Positions 23,627 to 34,570 of a DNA stretch of 64,000 nt are shown here, one piece after another. Position numbers and translations under genes: made by a program. Below the pieces are notes generated by a model. That model was not told the DNA's origin. It searched no databases and was given only the letters and a program-made list of their open reading frames with translations. This DNA is from Amoebophrya sp. A120 (lineage: Eukaryota > Protista > Dinoflagellata), in the NCBI GenBank assembly GCA_905178155.1, contig CAJINV010000001.1, positions 12,956,635-13,020,634 of the forward strand. The letters run 5' to 3'. Every line of letters starts with the position of its first letter. The first letter of the stretch is position 1.

Positions 23627-24605
23627 GTAGATAGGAAAGAACTTTTAAAGTTTTTCTATTCGTTGCTTTGCTAGCAGATAATTTTTTCTTTGATGTCACA
23701 CTACTCGCCCAACATCTTTTCAAGAGCAAACAGACCTAACAACTACTGGCCCTCTCCAGATCGAACGATTCGCGATAAGAAGAAAAAACTGCACGAGCAG
23801 CCACGACCTCTCTGCACAAGCACATCAATGTGCCGCTTTCTCGCGCTCTCCATCGACGCCATAGCCGTCCACGATCGGATTCGGCTTCACTCTTCTAGCA
23901 CGACGACAACGAGTTGTTTTGGTTGCAATTTCGAATTTCTACTTTCAGTGGCATTTGCATACAACCGTGTCAATAGCACAACTCTGACTTTCACTTTGGA
24001 GAAGTGTACTAAGTGCTGGTGCCCACTTCGCAATGTGTTTCCGCCCTACTTCTTCATCTTTCTGTATCCTATGTTTTTGTCTTGAGCATCATTCAAGAAA
24101 GCCATTCGCATTTCATTTGCGACTTGTCACATCTATCTTACACGTTGCAATCCCCACCTATTGACATATTCATTTTCATTCAGTCAGAGCATTCATTTTG
24201 CGTACATAGCACTACGTTGGCCTTGGCGTTGCAGAAATATGCATAAAATCAGCCACCCTTGCGTACAAATGAAATAGAAAAGCGCGCAGCAGCCTCGAGA
24301 TGATGATGATGAAGCGATGGCATTACAGGAGCACGCGTCTTCGTTCGCACAGGGACAGGTAGCGTCACGACAAAATTGCATGTTTTCATTCTGCCGTCTC
24401 TCAGTATTGGTAATGAAGAAGGTGGAGCAAAAATAAACGCCTTTCCGTTTGTGCTTTGTTCCAAAGACTTGTCTGCAGCTGACTTTCTTGTTGTACTTGC
24501 AGCCTATGAACAGCAGGAAGGTAGGAGTAAGATAAAGTAGTTGAGTACTCGTTACTTTGGTACGTAGGGCGTCATTCCCTCCTGAAAGCAGTACCAAGGC
24601 AATCC

Positions 24606-25085
24606 TCAGAAGCGCGGACGCTCGTCATCCTCCCACGAATGTGAAGATGCCGCCTGCAGATGCTCTTGATGACCACCATCAGGTCCAGGGGCAGAGCCTG
24701 CTGCGCTGCTGCTTTTCGTCGTGGCATCGACGGTGCTCCTGCCGACCTCCTTAATTTCCTGTTGTGGCCCGCCCCCGCCCATGTATTTCAGTTCAGCGGC
24801 TAGAAGGCCGTGCAGTGTCTTCTCCGTGTGTGCGTGCATACGTGTCTTCACGTACCCGTGGGCTGCCAGGCGATCTGGGTCGATTTGGACGGTTTGTTGG
24901 TGTGAAGATGCCCGTGGTCCACCGACAGAACTAGGGCCAAAACTGCAAGAACTGGAATGAATCGGTGTGCTAGCCCCTTCCATAACTGCCAGTTCCTTTG
25001 CTGCTACATCATTCCTCAACACAGCGGCCGCGGCTCTGACGACGAAAGCCGACTCGCTGACCTCGTCTTCCCAAACGCAGTCCAT
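24606..25085 (-). CDS. Small hypothetical protein
   Basis: Open frame from ATG 25085 (MDCVWEDEVSES...), GC-richer than its flanks; no recognisable domain. Confidence 0.5.
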   Translation of the reverse strand: MDCVWEDEVSESAFVVRAAAAVLRNDVAAKELAVMEGASTPIHSSSCSFGPSSVGGPRASSHQQTVQIDPDRLAAHGYVKTRMHAHTEKTLHGLLAAELKYMGGGGPQQEIKEVGRSTVDATTKSSSAAGSAPGPDGGHQEHLQAASSHSWEDDERPRF

Positions 25086-25587
25086 TTTAATACTTGAAAT
25101 TTTCGGTGTTAAGGTTGATGTTGAAGTTGAACACTCGGCGGAAGACCATAGAGGAGACCCTCGCGGGTGACTACACAAGTTTAAGGTTTCTGGTTGTAGC
25201 CAACTTCAGCACGAACACGAAGAGGATGAACGACATCTCGATTCCATCGGATCTCTCAGCAGAAGAAATAAGCTTGGAGCTAGTAATCCGCCCGCTACAT
25301 TTCTGGAACGTGCTTTGCCGTGGAACTTCTTCCTCTGTACATCGCAATCCAAGGTCTCGCTCCTCTGCAAAGATATACTTAAAACACGTCGGAAAAAACA
25401 CGAACAATGAATCGTACAAAGGTGCTGTAGCTAGTACGGCGTTGGGCTTTGCATCTTCATCATCATTGCCTGCTAAGAACGAGGCGCAATTTGAATTTGT
25501 CGTTCTACCAAAATCATGAAAAAACGGAAACGTCCAAAAGAAAAGGAAACAGTCGGTCCATCCAGGTATTCGAAAGTTAGTTTTGAC

Positions 25588-28500
25588 TCAGCTTCTCTGG
25601 GATCCGCGTTTCTTGCTTCTCGTTGATGCCGCCTTGCTGGTCTTCGTCGATGTCGTTGCGTCTGCCGCGTGCCCAACCAACGACTCACCTGCAGAGGACG
25701 CGTCAGCTCTGTCTTTTTTCATGAAGATAATCCGGCGCCAGAAACCTCCGGAACCTCCCAAGGCTGTTGCTCCGATGCAGCTGAAAAGCAGAGCGAGAAC
25801 CATCAACGAGGCCGCGATTGGCAGTACTAGTGCTCCCCCGCTGCTCGACGGAAGGATTGCTCCGAGCACTCGGCCGAAGTAACTGTCATGTGATGGCGCC
25901 GCGAGTTTTGCTATCCCGCTTTGCATCCTCAAAAGCAGAAGCGCCAACCCGCTGGGTGCAGCACCGCGCGATTCTTTTCCATGCGATGTTGCAGTACTGC
26001 TTCCGGAATTTCGATTTCCTCCTGCTGCGAATCTCCGAGAAAAAAAGCTTCCTGTGCCGGCCGCGTCTGCACATCGCTTTTTGATGCGAAAGGAAAGCGT
26101 GTCTGCGTCCTCCGGCAACGGCTTCTCGATCGGCAAAGCGATTTCCACGTCTAGATCTCCGTCCGCATTTGCGCCTTTGCTCGAAATCTCTTCGGAGCCC
26201 TGACGGTCCGAGACCCCCTCTTCTGCAGCTGCCGCGTCGGGCACCGTGCATTGAAACTGTGCGGTCAGCAAGGTGTCTCTGTCGATCGAAGTAATATCGT
26301 CACCGCGCACCAGCTGCACACGGAGCAGATCATTTGTTGCTTTCTGCTCTTCGGATGATGTTGGTGATGCTCCGTTGCTCAAAACCCGAACTCGTGGCGG
26401 TCCCCGCAACAGCACTGGCTTTTCCGCGTGCAGAACAAAAGTCGCAAGATTTGCTTCAGCGGGGAGCAGCAACAGCTTGTCGGAAGTACTAGTAGGGAAG
26501 AAAGAAGAAGAACCAGATTCACCGGTAGCGGTGCTTCTACCTGATTCATCAGTTTGGCTTTCGTCCTTCGAATTACTCCGCACCGCAGCAAGCAGCGACA
26601 AGGGTCCGAACATGGTGGCGTCCCGACTTATTACCGTGATCCCTCGCGCCCCACCACACTGTTTGTTCCAGCGTAAGCCGTCTCCCCGGTATTGCTCTTT
26701 CACTGAAGCCCAGCGTGGCTTCAGGGTGCACTGAAACAAGCCGGAGCGGGCGCACTGGTAGTCCACCGTGACCTCAGAATACCGAGAACGCTGGGAAGAT
26801 GAATCGCGTTTGATACCTGCCTCGACATTGCGGTTGCTCACAGTAGGCGCTTGAGTACTTCTGGTTGACTTGTCCGTCATCTCCGTCTCTCCCGCACGAA
26901 ATTTGAAGCTCGTCCGCGTTGGTAGCAGGGCCTTGGACGTTTGTGAACCATGCACACCGGCGGTGGCGCATTGCACCTGGTATTCGTCCGCAGCGTCGGC
27001 GCGCAGAATCCGAAACACTGATCGATCCTCATCCCACGCAAGGTCGGCCGGAGCACTTACCTCTCGCTCACCCTCGAGCAAGGCCAGTGGCATAGAAACC
27101 TCTTCCCTCAGAGTAGTAGTTGCACCACCAGGACGAGCGGGAAGATTTTCGCTCAACATCGCCAGGGCCTTCATCTCCGGTAGTACCGCGTGCTGGTTGG
27201 CAGCGAGAAAGGAGTACCGGTCTTGCAGAACAGCGGGACGAAAGAACGCAGGGCTACTTGTTCCGAGAAGATTCTCCCTGATGATGTCAACATTTTCTGC
27301 GGCCTGTTCTTGTGCTCTGGAGATGACCACATCATGATCTCCGGACAAAACCTGTGCCAGCACGTAGTCGGGCCGCTGCTTTTCGTGGCCACAAAAAATT
27401 GCGCGCTCGAAACGAACCGGGGCGTAGGGTTGGTAAGCCGGGAAAGCGGAAAAAGTCACACGGACCAAGCCCGGACCGTAACTGTCGCACTTGAGAATCA
27501 GTGCACCAGCACCGAACAGGGTTGATGATGAGGAATCCAACGAGCGCGTTTGTAAAAACGACACGGCCCCCGCTCGCGTGGTCAACAGGTCGCTCTCTTC
27601 GACTACATCTGGTGCTGCTGCTGCTTCTGCGGAAGGTTTGAAAGAGGTAGATGTCGAAAATCTGATCGAATCGGGCAATTCTGGGCTCTCCAGCCCGTCG
27701 TCGTTTAGTTGTGCTGTACTTGCCGTATTAGAAGATGCTGGTGAGTTTGGCACAGTTGCTAGAGCTTGCTCGCCGGACGAAATGTAGTCCCGGTTTCCAC
27801 GGCTGGACTCCTCGGCAGTTACGCTAGACGTAGTCGTGTCTCCTGTGCTGACACCGTCGCTGCTGTTGGCAGCAACTTCAGGCATACTCAGAGCCACTTC
27901 CTCACCTCGGCGATTCGCGGTAGCTGTCTGGTGCAACAACTTCTGCATGGCCCGCCGACTTGGAACGGATTTTGATTTTGCCCACAGCATGGCGGTACTA
28001 TCTTGCACTTCGTCCGAGGTACTAGCCGGTCGCTGATCGAGAATGCTCCCACCGCTTGCCAGGGAGCCCAAGTAGTGGGAGAGCCGACTTGAAAGAGAAC
28101 CCTGGACTTCAATTTCCACGGGGGAAAAAACGACTTCGGACGGCGCGGTTAATGCCAGGGGCACAACGAGTGCCGAATCGAAAACCCACACAGGGCTGTC
28201 CGCGAGCAAAGCCGGCACTGCTCCAGCTGCTGTAGTAGACGTGTCGGCAGCAGCACCAGTCCCTCTATTCCCTGCTGAATGAAAGTTATCGCTCCCGCCT
28301 GCCGGAGAAATATGCGGTGCGGTTTCTGCATGCGATGAAGCTGAAGTTGAAGATGACGAGGACTTCTCCGAGAAATACAGAACCGGCGTGGCAGCGTTCC
28401 CGACGAGGTCACCCAGCTTGTGCACTGACGAAAAGAAGTTACTCGCATCTACCAGGCCACGCGCGACTCCTTCTTGCACCAGAAACGGGTAAGAATTGCT

Positions 28501-29478
28501 GTCATCTTGTTCTTGACTCTTGATGTCCTCATTGCCCGGGTCTTGCGCAAACGAAGCGCCAGCTGTTGCGGATTTTCTGCTGTCTTCGCCTTCCGCAGCA
28601 GACCGTGCACCTGAAGCTGCAAACCGTGCCGCCTCCAGATGCCGCCGCACACTTTCCGCTTCAGCCGAGGCCGTCGACAATTCGTCTTTCGAAGAATCGA
28701 AGAGCTTTTGCGAACTTTCCGGGGTGCCGTCCTGCAGCACGGAGAGACCGATCAGCGGAAAACCCAGACAGTGCTTCTCGAAATTCACATCCACGATGCT
28801 CCTGTGGGGGTCGGATGCAAGCTCGATCGTCCCTGCTGCGGCATTGCGCGGTCTTTCCAGCTCGAAGCGTAGCGTGATTTTGGCCTGGCCAGAGCGCCGA
28901 CAGGTAAAAAGCAGCTCGCCAGTGACAAGGGACGAGGACAATGATTTCGCAGAGGCTGCGCTTGTTCCGCCCTGTAAAAGGTTTGCACTCGTCTGATGGA
29001 ATTCCGCGAACGCGACTTGATCGGCGCTCGTGTGGACCGACAATTTGGTCAGGCGGACCGTGGACGTGGGGGCTTCGCTTTCAGCTGCACCAGTTGTAAC
29101 CCACCTATCTGTCTGGATATGAATTTGCTTCCGAAACTCCGCTGCTGGCACGATCGTGGTTGGTCGCCAGTCAACGCCCCTCTCCAGCGCCGCTTGATAC
29201 GCGGATGTTGTGGCAGTGTGCTCGCCGGCGGAGACATCGTCGCGGCTACTATCATCCTTTGCAGCATTTCGCCCAGCGGACTGCAGAAGTCCCGTGCTGG
29301 TGTCTGTGGCGCGTCGCTCTGATACGGACCCTGCGACGACAAGATCATCGATGCCAAGTTCTGTACCGACGAAAACATCGTGAAATGGAGCGAAGCGATC
29401 CTCGTCGCTGTTCTCCTCCAGCAGCCCCCGTGTCGCAACGGCCACGGAAAAACACCAGAACCTCCGCATCGCCTCCAC
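25588..29478 (-). CDS. Large putative type I membrane/surface protein with repeated Cys-spaced beta-rich modules
   Basis: 1296-aa ORF with a signal-like N-terminus and a TM segment (ALVLPIAASLMVLALLFSCIGATAL). Recurring 'xC..SG...ITL...F.K.C' pattern (FTCRRSG..FEKHC; LKCDSYG..FERAIFC; YQCARSG..WNKQC; FQCTV..IKKRC). Confidence 0.8.
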   Translation of the reverse strand: MEAMRRFWCFSVAVATRGLLEENSDEDRFAPFHDVFVGTELGIDDLVVAGSVSERRATDTSTGLLQSAGRNAAKDDSSRDDVSAGEHTATTSAYQAALERGVDWRPTTIVPAAEFRKQIHIQTDRWVTTGAAESEAPTSTVRLTKLSVHTSADQVAFAEFHQTSANLLQGGTSAASAKSLSSSLVTGELLFTCRRSGQAKITLRFELERPRNAAAGTIELASDPHRSIVDVNFEKHCLGFPLIGLSVLQDGTPESSQKLFDSSKDELSTASAEAESVRRHLEAARFAASGARSAAEGEDSRKSATAGASFAQDPGNEDIKSQEQDDSNSYPFLVQEGVARGLVDASNFFSSVHKLGDLVGNAATPVLYFSEKSSSSSTSASSHAETAPHISPAGGSDNFHSAGNRGTGAAADTSTTAAGAVPALLADSPVWVFDSALVVPLALTAPSEVVFSPVEIEVQGSLSSRLSHYLGSLASGGSILDQRPASTSDEVQDSTAMLWAKSKSVPSRRAMQKLLHQTATANRRGEEVALSMPEVAANSSDGVSTGDTTTSSVTAEESSRGNRDYISSGEQALATVPNSPASSNTASTAQLNDDGLESPELPDSIRFSTSTSFKPSAEAAAAPDVVEESDLLTTRAGAVSFLQTRSLDSSSSTLFGAGALILKCDSYGPGLVRVTFSAFPAYQPYAPVRFERAIFCGHEKQRPDYVLAQVLSGDHDVVISRAQEQAAENVDIIRENLLGTSSPAFFRPAVLQDRYSFLAANQHAVLPEMKALAMLSENLPARPGGATTTLREEVSMPLALLEGEREVSAPADLAWDEDRSVFRILRADAADEYQVQCATAGVHGSQTSKALLPTRTSFKFRAGETEMTDKSTRSTQAPTVSNRNVEAGIKRDSSSQRSRYSEVTVDYQCARSGLFQCTLKPRWASVKEQYRGDGLRWNKQCGGARGITVISRDATMFGPLSLLAAVRSNSKDESQTDESGRSTATGESGSSSFFPTSTSDKLLLLPAEANLATFVLHAEKPVLLRGPPRVRVLSNGASPTSSEEQKATNDLLRVQLVRGDDITSIDRDTLLTAQFQCTVPDAAAAEEGVSDRQGSEEISSKGANADGDLDVEIALPIEKPLPEDADTLSFRIKKRCADAAGTGSFFSRRFAAGGNRNSGSSTATSHGKESRGAAPSGLALLLLRMQSGIAKLAAPSHDSYFGRVLGAILPSSSGGALVLPIAASLMVLALLFSCIGATALGGSGGFWRRIIFMKKDRADASSAGESLVGHAADATTSTKTSKAASTRSKKRGSQRS

Positions 29479-30218
29479 TCAAAAATTGGGTTCGACCGAA
29501 CTCACCAACGGCTAGACTTCTGTGAGCGATGTGGCGATAGGACAAGCGCCAACTTCAAATTAGCTCGCTTGCGTACAACCTCCTGTCCTGAGCTTGCGTG
29601 CGTGCAAGCAAGCCACGATGGCATTTTTGACAGCAGGCGACGTGCGCCAGAGACCCAAATTCAGGACATTCTCCGCGCTCCAAAAATAAAAGGTTTATGG
29701 CACGAGAACGGACACACGTGTTGAGCGTGGCTTGACATCGCCACGGAACATCGTTATCACAGACAACAGGAAGGCCCGTCGCATCAACCTTTTCGGGACC
29801 TAAATCTGACTGTGTCCTCTCAGGAGCCAAAAACTCCTGTCTGCTACAACTCTCCACGCCACGACCTCTGTCATGCGTTTTCTTTTTATGGAAAATTGCA
29901 CTTTTTGTTCTCTCGCCCTCCACCGTCTCTCGAGTCAACTCTACACCACGGCAAGAATGAACACCGCGCTGTTAATGGCTGAAATGCTAACCCTAGTAGA
30001 GGGTGACAGCTGCAGTACTCCCTGTACGGCAGGGGTGGCGTTTTTTAGTTCAGGAAAACAAATCACACTTTCTACAGGAGAATCATGGTTGCCCTAAATC
30101 GGCTTCATCTTCGCTTCATCATGCTATTTGTCCGTCGTGTCAGATTGACAAAACCGATTCTCACGTTCGACTGGAACTCGACAAATTATTGCCATCCCAA
30201 ACAGACGCGGAGTTGGAT

Positions 30219-30969
30219 TTACTTCTTCTTGGGCTTCAAGCTCTTCTTGACCTCCTGGTTGACCTTCTTCTTTGCCAGCATCAGCTTGAATCGGTCCAAA
30301 TCGGTCAAGGCGGCCTGTCAAAAGGAGAAAGAAAGAATAAGTACACCGAGAAACATAAAGATGTCAGATTTAGATTTTGCTCTTTTTACGTCGCTCCCGC
30401 TCGCTAACAGAATATTGTGCAATAGTTCATCAGTCACATAATTGCAAACAAATCTGCATCAGCGCAAAGCCAAAAAAGACGTACACAGCATGAGAAAATT
30501 GGAGAAAAACTAAAGAAAGTCAGTTGTATACCTTGGCCTTCTTGGCGGCGATCTTCTTGGCCCAGGCGGACTTCTCCCAGTTGCTGACAGTATCAGATTC
30601 CTTCAAGGCCTTCTTCAGAGCCTTTTCCTTGGCGCCGCGGCCGAGGTTGCTCTTGAAGCCGGTCAGGGAAACCCACTTCAGGGGAATCATCTGCCTCTTC
30701 ACGCCGGTAGTCGGGCCGTCAATCAAAACTTTGTTGATGGAAACCTGTTCAAGTTCAGATAATTTAGCTTTAGAGTTCTTTGACATCACAATTGTATCAT
30801 GTCATGGCAAACAAAAATGTTAAGTACTTCGAAAAAATCTAAATCAGCGACTGGAAAATAAGCGTACCATGTCGACGATGGTAGCCATCTTTCCCTCCAG
30901 AGGTCCGTAGCGGACGAGGACCAGGCGGCCCGGCTCAACGAAGCGCTTGAAGAGAGGTGCGTCAGCCAT
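30219..30969 (-). CDS. RPL14: 60S ribosomal protein eL14, copy 1 (exons 30969-30868, 30744-30532, 30314-30219)
   Basis: [34 protein letters not shown]|[11 protein letters not shown]...[11 protein letters not shown]|[16 protein letters not shown]; two GT-AG introns. Confidence 0.97.
30361..30439 (-). ncRNA. Candidate intronic box C/D snoRNA in RPL14 intron 2 (second copy 33294-33372)
   Basis: Sense ATGT-GAC-TGATGA ... CTGA-CAT: C-like box, D box and short terminal stem over 79 nt. The CTGAC could instead be the branch point. Confidence 0.3.
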
Positions 30970-31119
30970 TTTGTGTGATTTGGTTTTGTTTCCCCGAAAC
31001 TAAAATTCTAAAACGAGAACCCTCGTTTTAAATGTCCCTGTGTGCGGTTTCGAAAAAAGCGACATGACAAAGGAGGGTCTTCTTTTTATTTCACGTGCAG
31101 CAAAAGCAAGTTCTACTTC

Positions 31120-31650
31120 GAGAGATCCTTCAAGATCCCGCTGGAACTCTAAATTTTCTCCAGATGCGGATCCAGACTTTTACCGGAATTTGACGGCTGA
31201 TCTAAATTCTAATTCTTTCTCGGGCAACAGATTTGGTATGCGGATCGATCATCTGGATCTGCTTCTTTATCTTCTGGGGATCAGATTGAGACTTTGTAGA
31301 TCTAAATTTCAGCCTGCACCTTTTCTCAGAACTTTCTACCACTCAAATCGAGATCAGTCATTTTTTTCAAAATCTGATCCTTAAGTAGTACGCAATGGCT
31401 GGTTGAAATTGCAAGAAGATCATCAGGAGCACGTGTCGAGGATCAATTTCTCAGATCTTTAGTTATAGTTGCATATTACGCTTACAACTCCAGTGATCTT
31501 GTCGCCATCGTCAACATTATATAGACAATGGAGACAAGGAGGCGCTGCATGGGATCTTTAAATTTTGCCCTCGTCTCTCGGAATGCAAAAGATAGATCTC
31601 GTATAGCGGAGTTTTCTCAGCATCAAGAATGAAAGTTCAACTTCAGATCA
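31120..31650. promoter_or_regulatory. GATC-dense island upstream of RPL14 copy 1
   Basis: 18 GATC in about 530 bp (hand count). Confidence 0.55.
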
Positions 31651-32126
31651 TGAACCCGCACCACTATTTTGCTTGTGTCTTCCCGTGGCCCGTGTCTGGA
31701 AGCGTTCAAGAGACAACTTCAAGAAAGCCGGAGATCGGTTGGCTTTGCTGCTCTTGTTGTATTCGAAATGATCACAATGTGCGAAACTGTGCATTCTTGC
31801 TAGATCATCACATTCACAAAGAAGCAAAACCATACATGGAAATACACTAAATGCAGAAGCTGAATGTTCTCGTGTGAAAATGGTTTCTGTGCCAGCATGA
31901 GGCTTGTTCACCTACTTCATTTGTTGCCCATTCACGCCTTGCCAAAGGAGCTTTCGACGAGATGCCAACGCGTGCTTCTCGATACACCAAGACCAGCCCT
32001 TTTGCGACGCCCGGACACGCGCAACACAATTCGAACTTCTCGATGAAGAGCATCTCAAGAATCTTTAAAGTTCACTTCTACTTCATTTTGATGATCTACG
32101 GAACAAGACGCAGGCGTGGTTTCTAT

Positions 32127-33097
32127 TCACATTTTCTCGAAGAAGGGAAACTTCTCCATCCAACATCCATCCACCAGGTGTAATCGCTGTCTTGATACAC
32201 CGGCCCTCGATACACCGACCCTGCCCAGCATGGTGTCAAACTTCCGCGCGCTGCCCTGCGCGTCGCCCAACCACAGGGACAGAACGTCCGTCACGTCCGC
32301 GTCATCCGGGATTTTTTCCAAGTGCCCCGCCGGCTCCTTCACCTCCAGGCACTTGCGGAAGCACTTCGTCGGCTGGGTGAGTTCCGCGCCATCCAAAGTG
32401 CCGTCGGAATTCCCGTCGAGACAGGTGAAGATGTGCCGCACCCGCGGGATCGGCATCACCGTGTGATCGCCGCCGTGTCGTCGCCGTCCGTTTTTGAACA
32501 CGCCAGCGAGTTCTTCCTCGCTTAAGCCGTCGGCCACCGGTTGGGCCAGCGTGACGAGCTGGTTCCACAAGTTGAAGTCCGTCACGCCCCACTTCAGCAA
32601 CTCCGAGACCGCGCCGTGCTTCGCGGCCAGCTGCCGGATCCCCTTGTACAAGCAGGCTTTCCCGCAGGGAGAGCCGATGTTGGCGCGCTGCTTCTCGCAC
32701 TCGGAAGCCATGCCGTGGATCCCGTGCCAGTCATCGAGGCACGCGTGGTAGGCGGGGGATTCCGGATAGTCGTGGATCAAGTCCAGGTCAGAACATTGCG
32801 TCCCCTCGGCTTTTCTTTATCCTTCTTTATGTTTTCGTTTTGCGCGAAGCCGGTGAAAAAGCTCCCGACCCCCGTTGCCGTCTCCGCTGCGGTGGGCGTC
32901 GGGATAACGTTTTGGCTCAGCACTTCGTTCATCGGCGAAGCTACCAACGAGAGCTCGTCCTCCGAGGGGTCCGCTTCGGAAACGGATTTTGAGTGCTGAC
33001 CACCGCGTCCCGAAAACTGGCTTATTTTCGACGTGGATTTGTTCCTCGGTCTGCGTAAACAGAAAATAGACTTCTCATCTATCCAACATCCATCCAC
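32127..33097 (-). pseudogene. Captured GC-rich gene fragment with an EF-hand; frameshifted or chimeric
   Basis: ORFs 32777..33097 and 32127..32780 overlap in different frames. EF-hand loop IFTCL-DGNSDGTLDGAE-L. Both ends run into copies of the methyltransferase 3' end. Confidence 0.6.
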
Positions 33098-33151
33098 CAG
33101 GTGTAATCGCTGATGGAAACCAATCTATCCCAAACAGACGCGGAGTTGGAT

Positions 33152-33904
33152 TTACTTCTTCTTGGGCTTCAAGCTCTTCTTGACCTCCTGGTTGACCTTC
33201 TTCTTTGCCAGCATCAGCTTGAATCGGTCCAAATCGGTCAAGGCGGCCTGTCAAAAGGAGAAAGAAAGAATAAGTACACCGAGAAACATAAAGATGTCAG
33301 ATTTAGATTTTGCTCTTTTTACGTCGCTCCCGCTCGCTAACAGAATATTGTGCAATAGTTCATCAGTCACATAATTGCAAACAAATCTGCATCAGCGCAA
33401 AGGCAAAAAAGACGTACACAGCATGAGAAAATTGGAGAAAAACTAAAGAAAGTCAGTTGTATACCTTGGCCTTCTTGGCGGCGATCTTCTTGGCCCACGC
33501 GGACTTTTCCCAGTTGCTGACAGTATCAGATTCCTTCAAGGCCTTCTTCAGAGCCTTTTCCTTGGCGCCGCGGCCGAGGTTGCTCTTGAAGCCGGTGAGG
33601 GAAACCCACTTCAGGGGAATCATCTGCCTCTTCACGCCGGTAGTCGGGCCGTCGATCAGGACTTTGTTGATGGAAACCTGTGTAGGTAATTTGGCTTTAG
33701 TCATCACAATTACATCATATCATGGAAGACAAAAAATGTTGATATTCAAATCCACATTTCCAAAAAAAGCTAAATTCACGAGGACTTGAAAAATAAGCGT
33801 ACCATGTCGACAATGGTGGCGATCTTTCCCTCCAGAGGTCCGTAACGGACGAGGACCAGGCGGCCCGGTTCGACGAAGCGCTTGAAGAGAGGTGCGTCAG
33901 CCAT
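33152..33904 (-). CDS. RPL14: 60S ribosomal protein eL14, copy 2 (exons 33904-33803, 33677-33465, 33247-33152)
   Basis: Same exon lengths as copy 1; differences are mostly synonymous, with one M/I change in exon 1. Confidence 0.97.
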
Positions 33905-34049
33905 TTTGTGTGATTTGGTTCTGTTTCCCCGAAACTAAAATTCTAAAACGAGAACCCTCGTTTTAAATGTCCCTGTGTGCGGTTTCGACAAGAGAAATAA
34001 ATAAAGGAGGGGCTTCTTTCACGTCCAGAATAAGCAAGTTCTATGTCGA

Positions 34050-34570
34050 GAGATCCTTCAAGATCCCGCTTGAGCTCTAAATTTTCTCCAGTTGCGGATC
34101 CAGACTTCTATCGGAATTTGACGGCTGATCTAAATTCTTTCTCAGGCAACACTTGTTCGGAATGCGGATCGCTCATCGGCTTCTTTATCTTCTGAGGATC
34201 AGATTGAAATTTTGGAGATCTAAATTTCAGCCTGGAGCATCTCTCAGAACTTTCTGGCACTCGAATCAAGAAGATCAGTCATTTTGTGATTACGTAGTAC
34301 CCAGTGGCAGGAGCTTGAAATTTCAAGAAGATCATGAGGAGCACAATCTGTGGCGGATCAATTCATTGCTCAGATCTTGATCTTTTTCTTTAGTTGCATA
34401 TGCTTACAACTCCAATCCAATAATCATGTCGCCGTTCTCAACCTCAAATAGACAATGAACCTCAAATAGACAATGAAGACAACGAGGGACGGCATGGGAT
34501 CCAAATCTTTAAATTTCGCTCAAGCTCTCGTCTCTGGTGATGCCAAACATCAAAAAGTAAAAGGATCTCT
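34050..34570. promoter_or_regulatory. GATC-dense island upstream of RPL14 copy 2
   Basis: 14 GATC in about 520 bp (hand count). Confidence 0.55.

Larger units (their letters stand above)
30194..32215. repeat. Segmental duplication unit 1 (RPL14, upstream region, methyltransferase 3' tail)
   Basis: Aligns by eye with 33127..35280; near-identical at the RPL14 3' end and indel-rich upstream. Confidence 0.92.

Noticed and set aside
29868-29876. ctgtcatgc partial match to the introner motif
   Set aside because: Single partial copy in intergenic DNA with no inverted repeats; compatible with chance.
30960-30975. agccatttt resembling the dinoflagellate spliced leader (CCGTAGCCATTTTGGCTCAAG)
   Set aside because: It is the antisense of the RPL14 start codon context; no fuller leader relic was seen.
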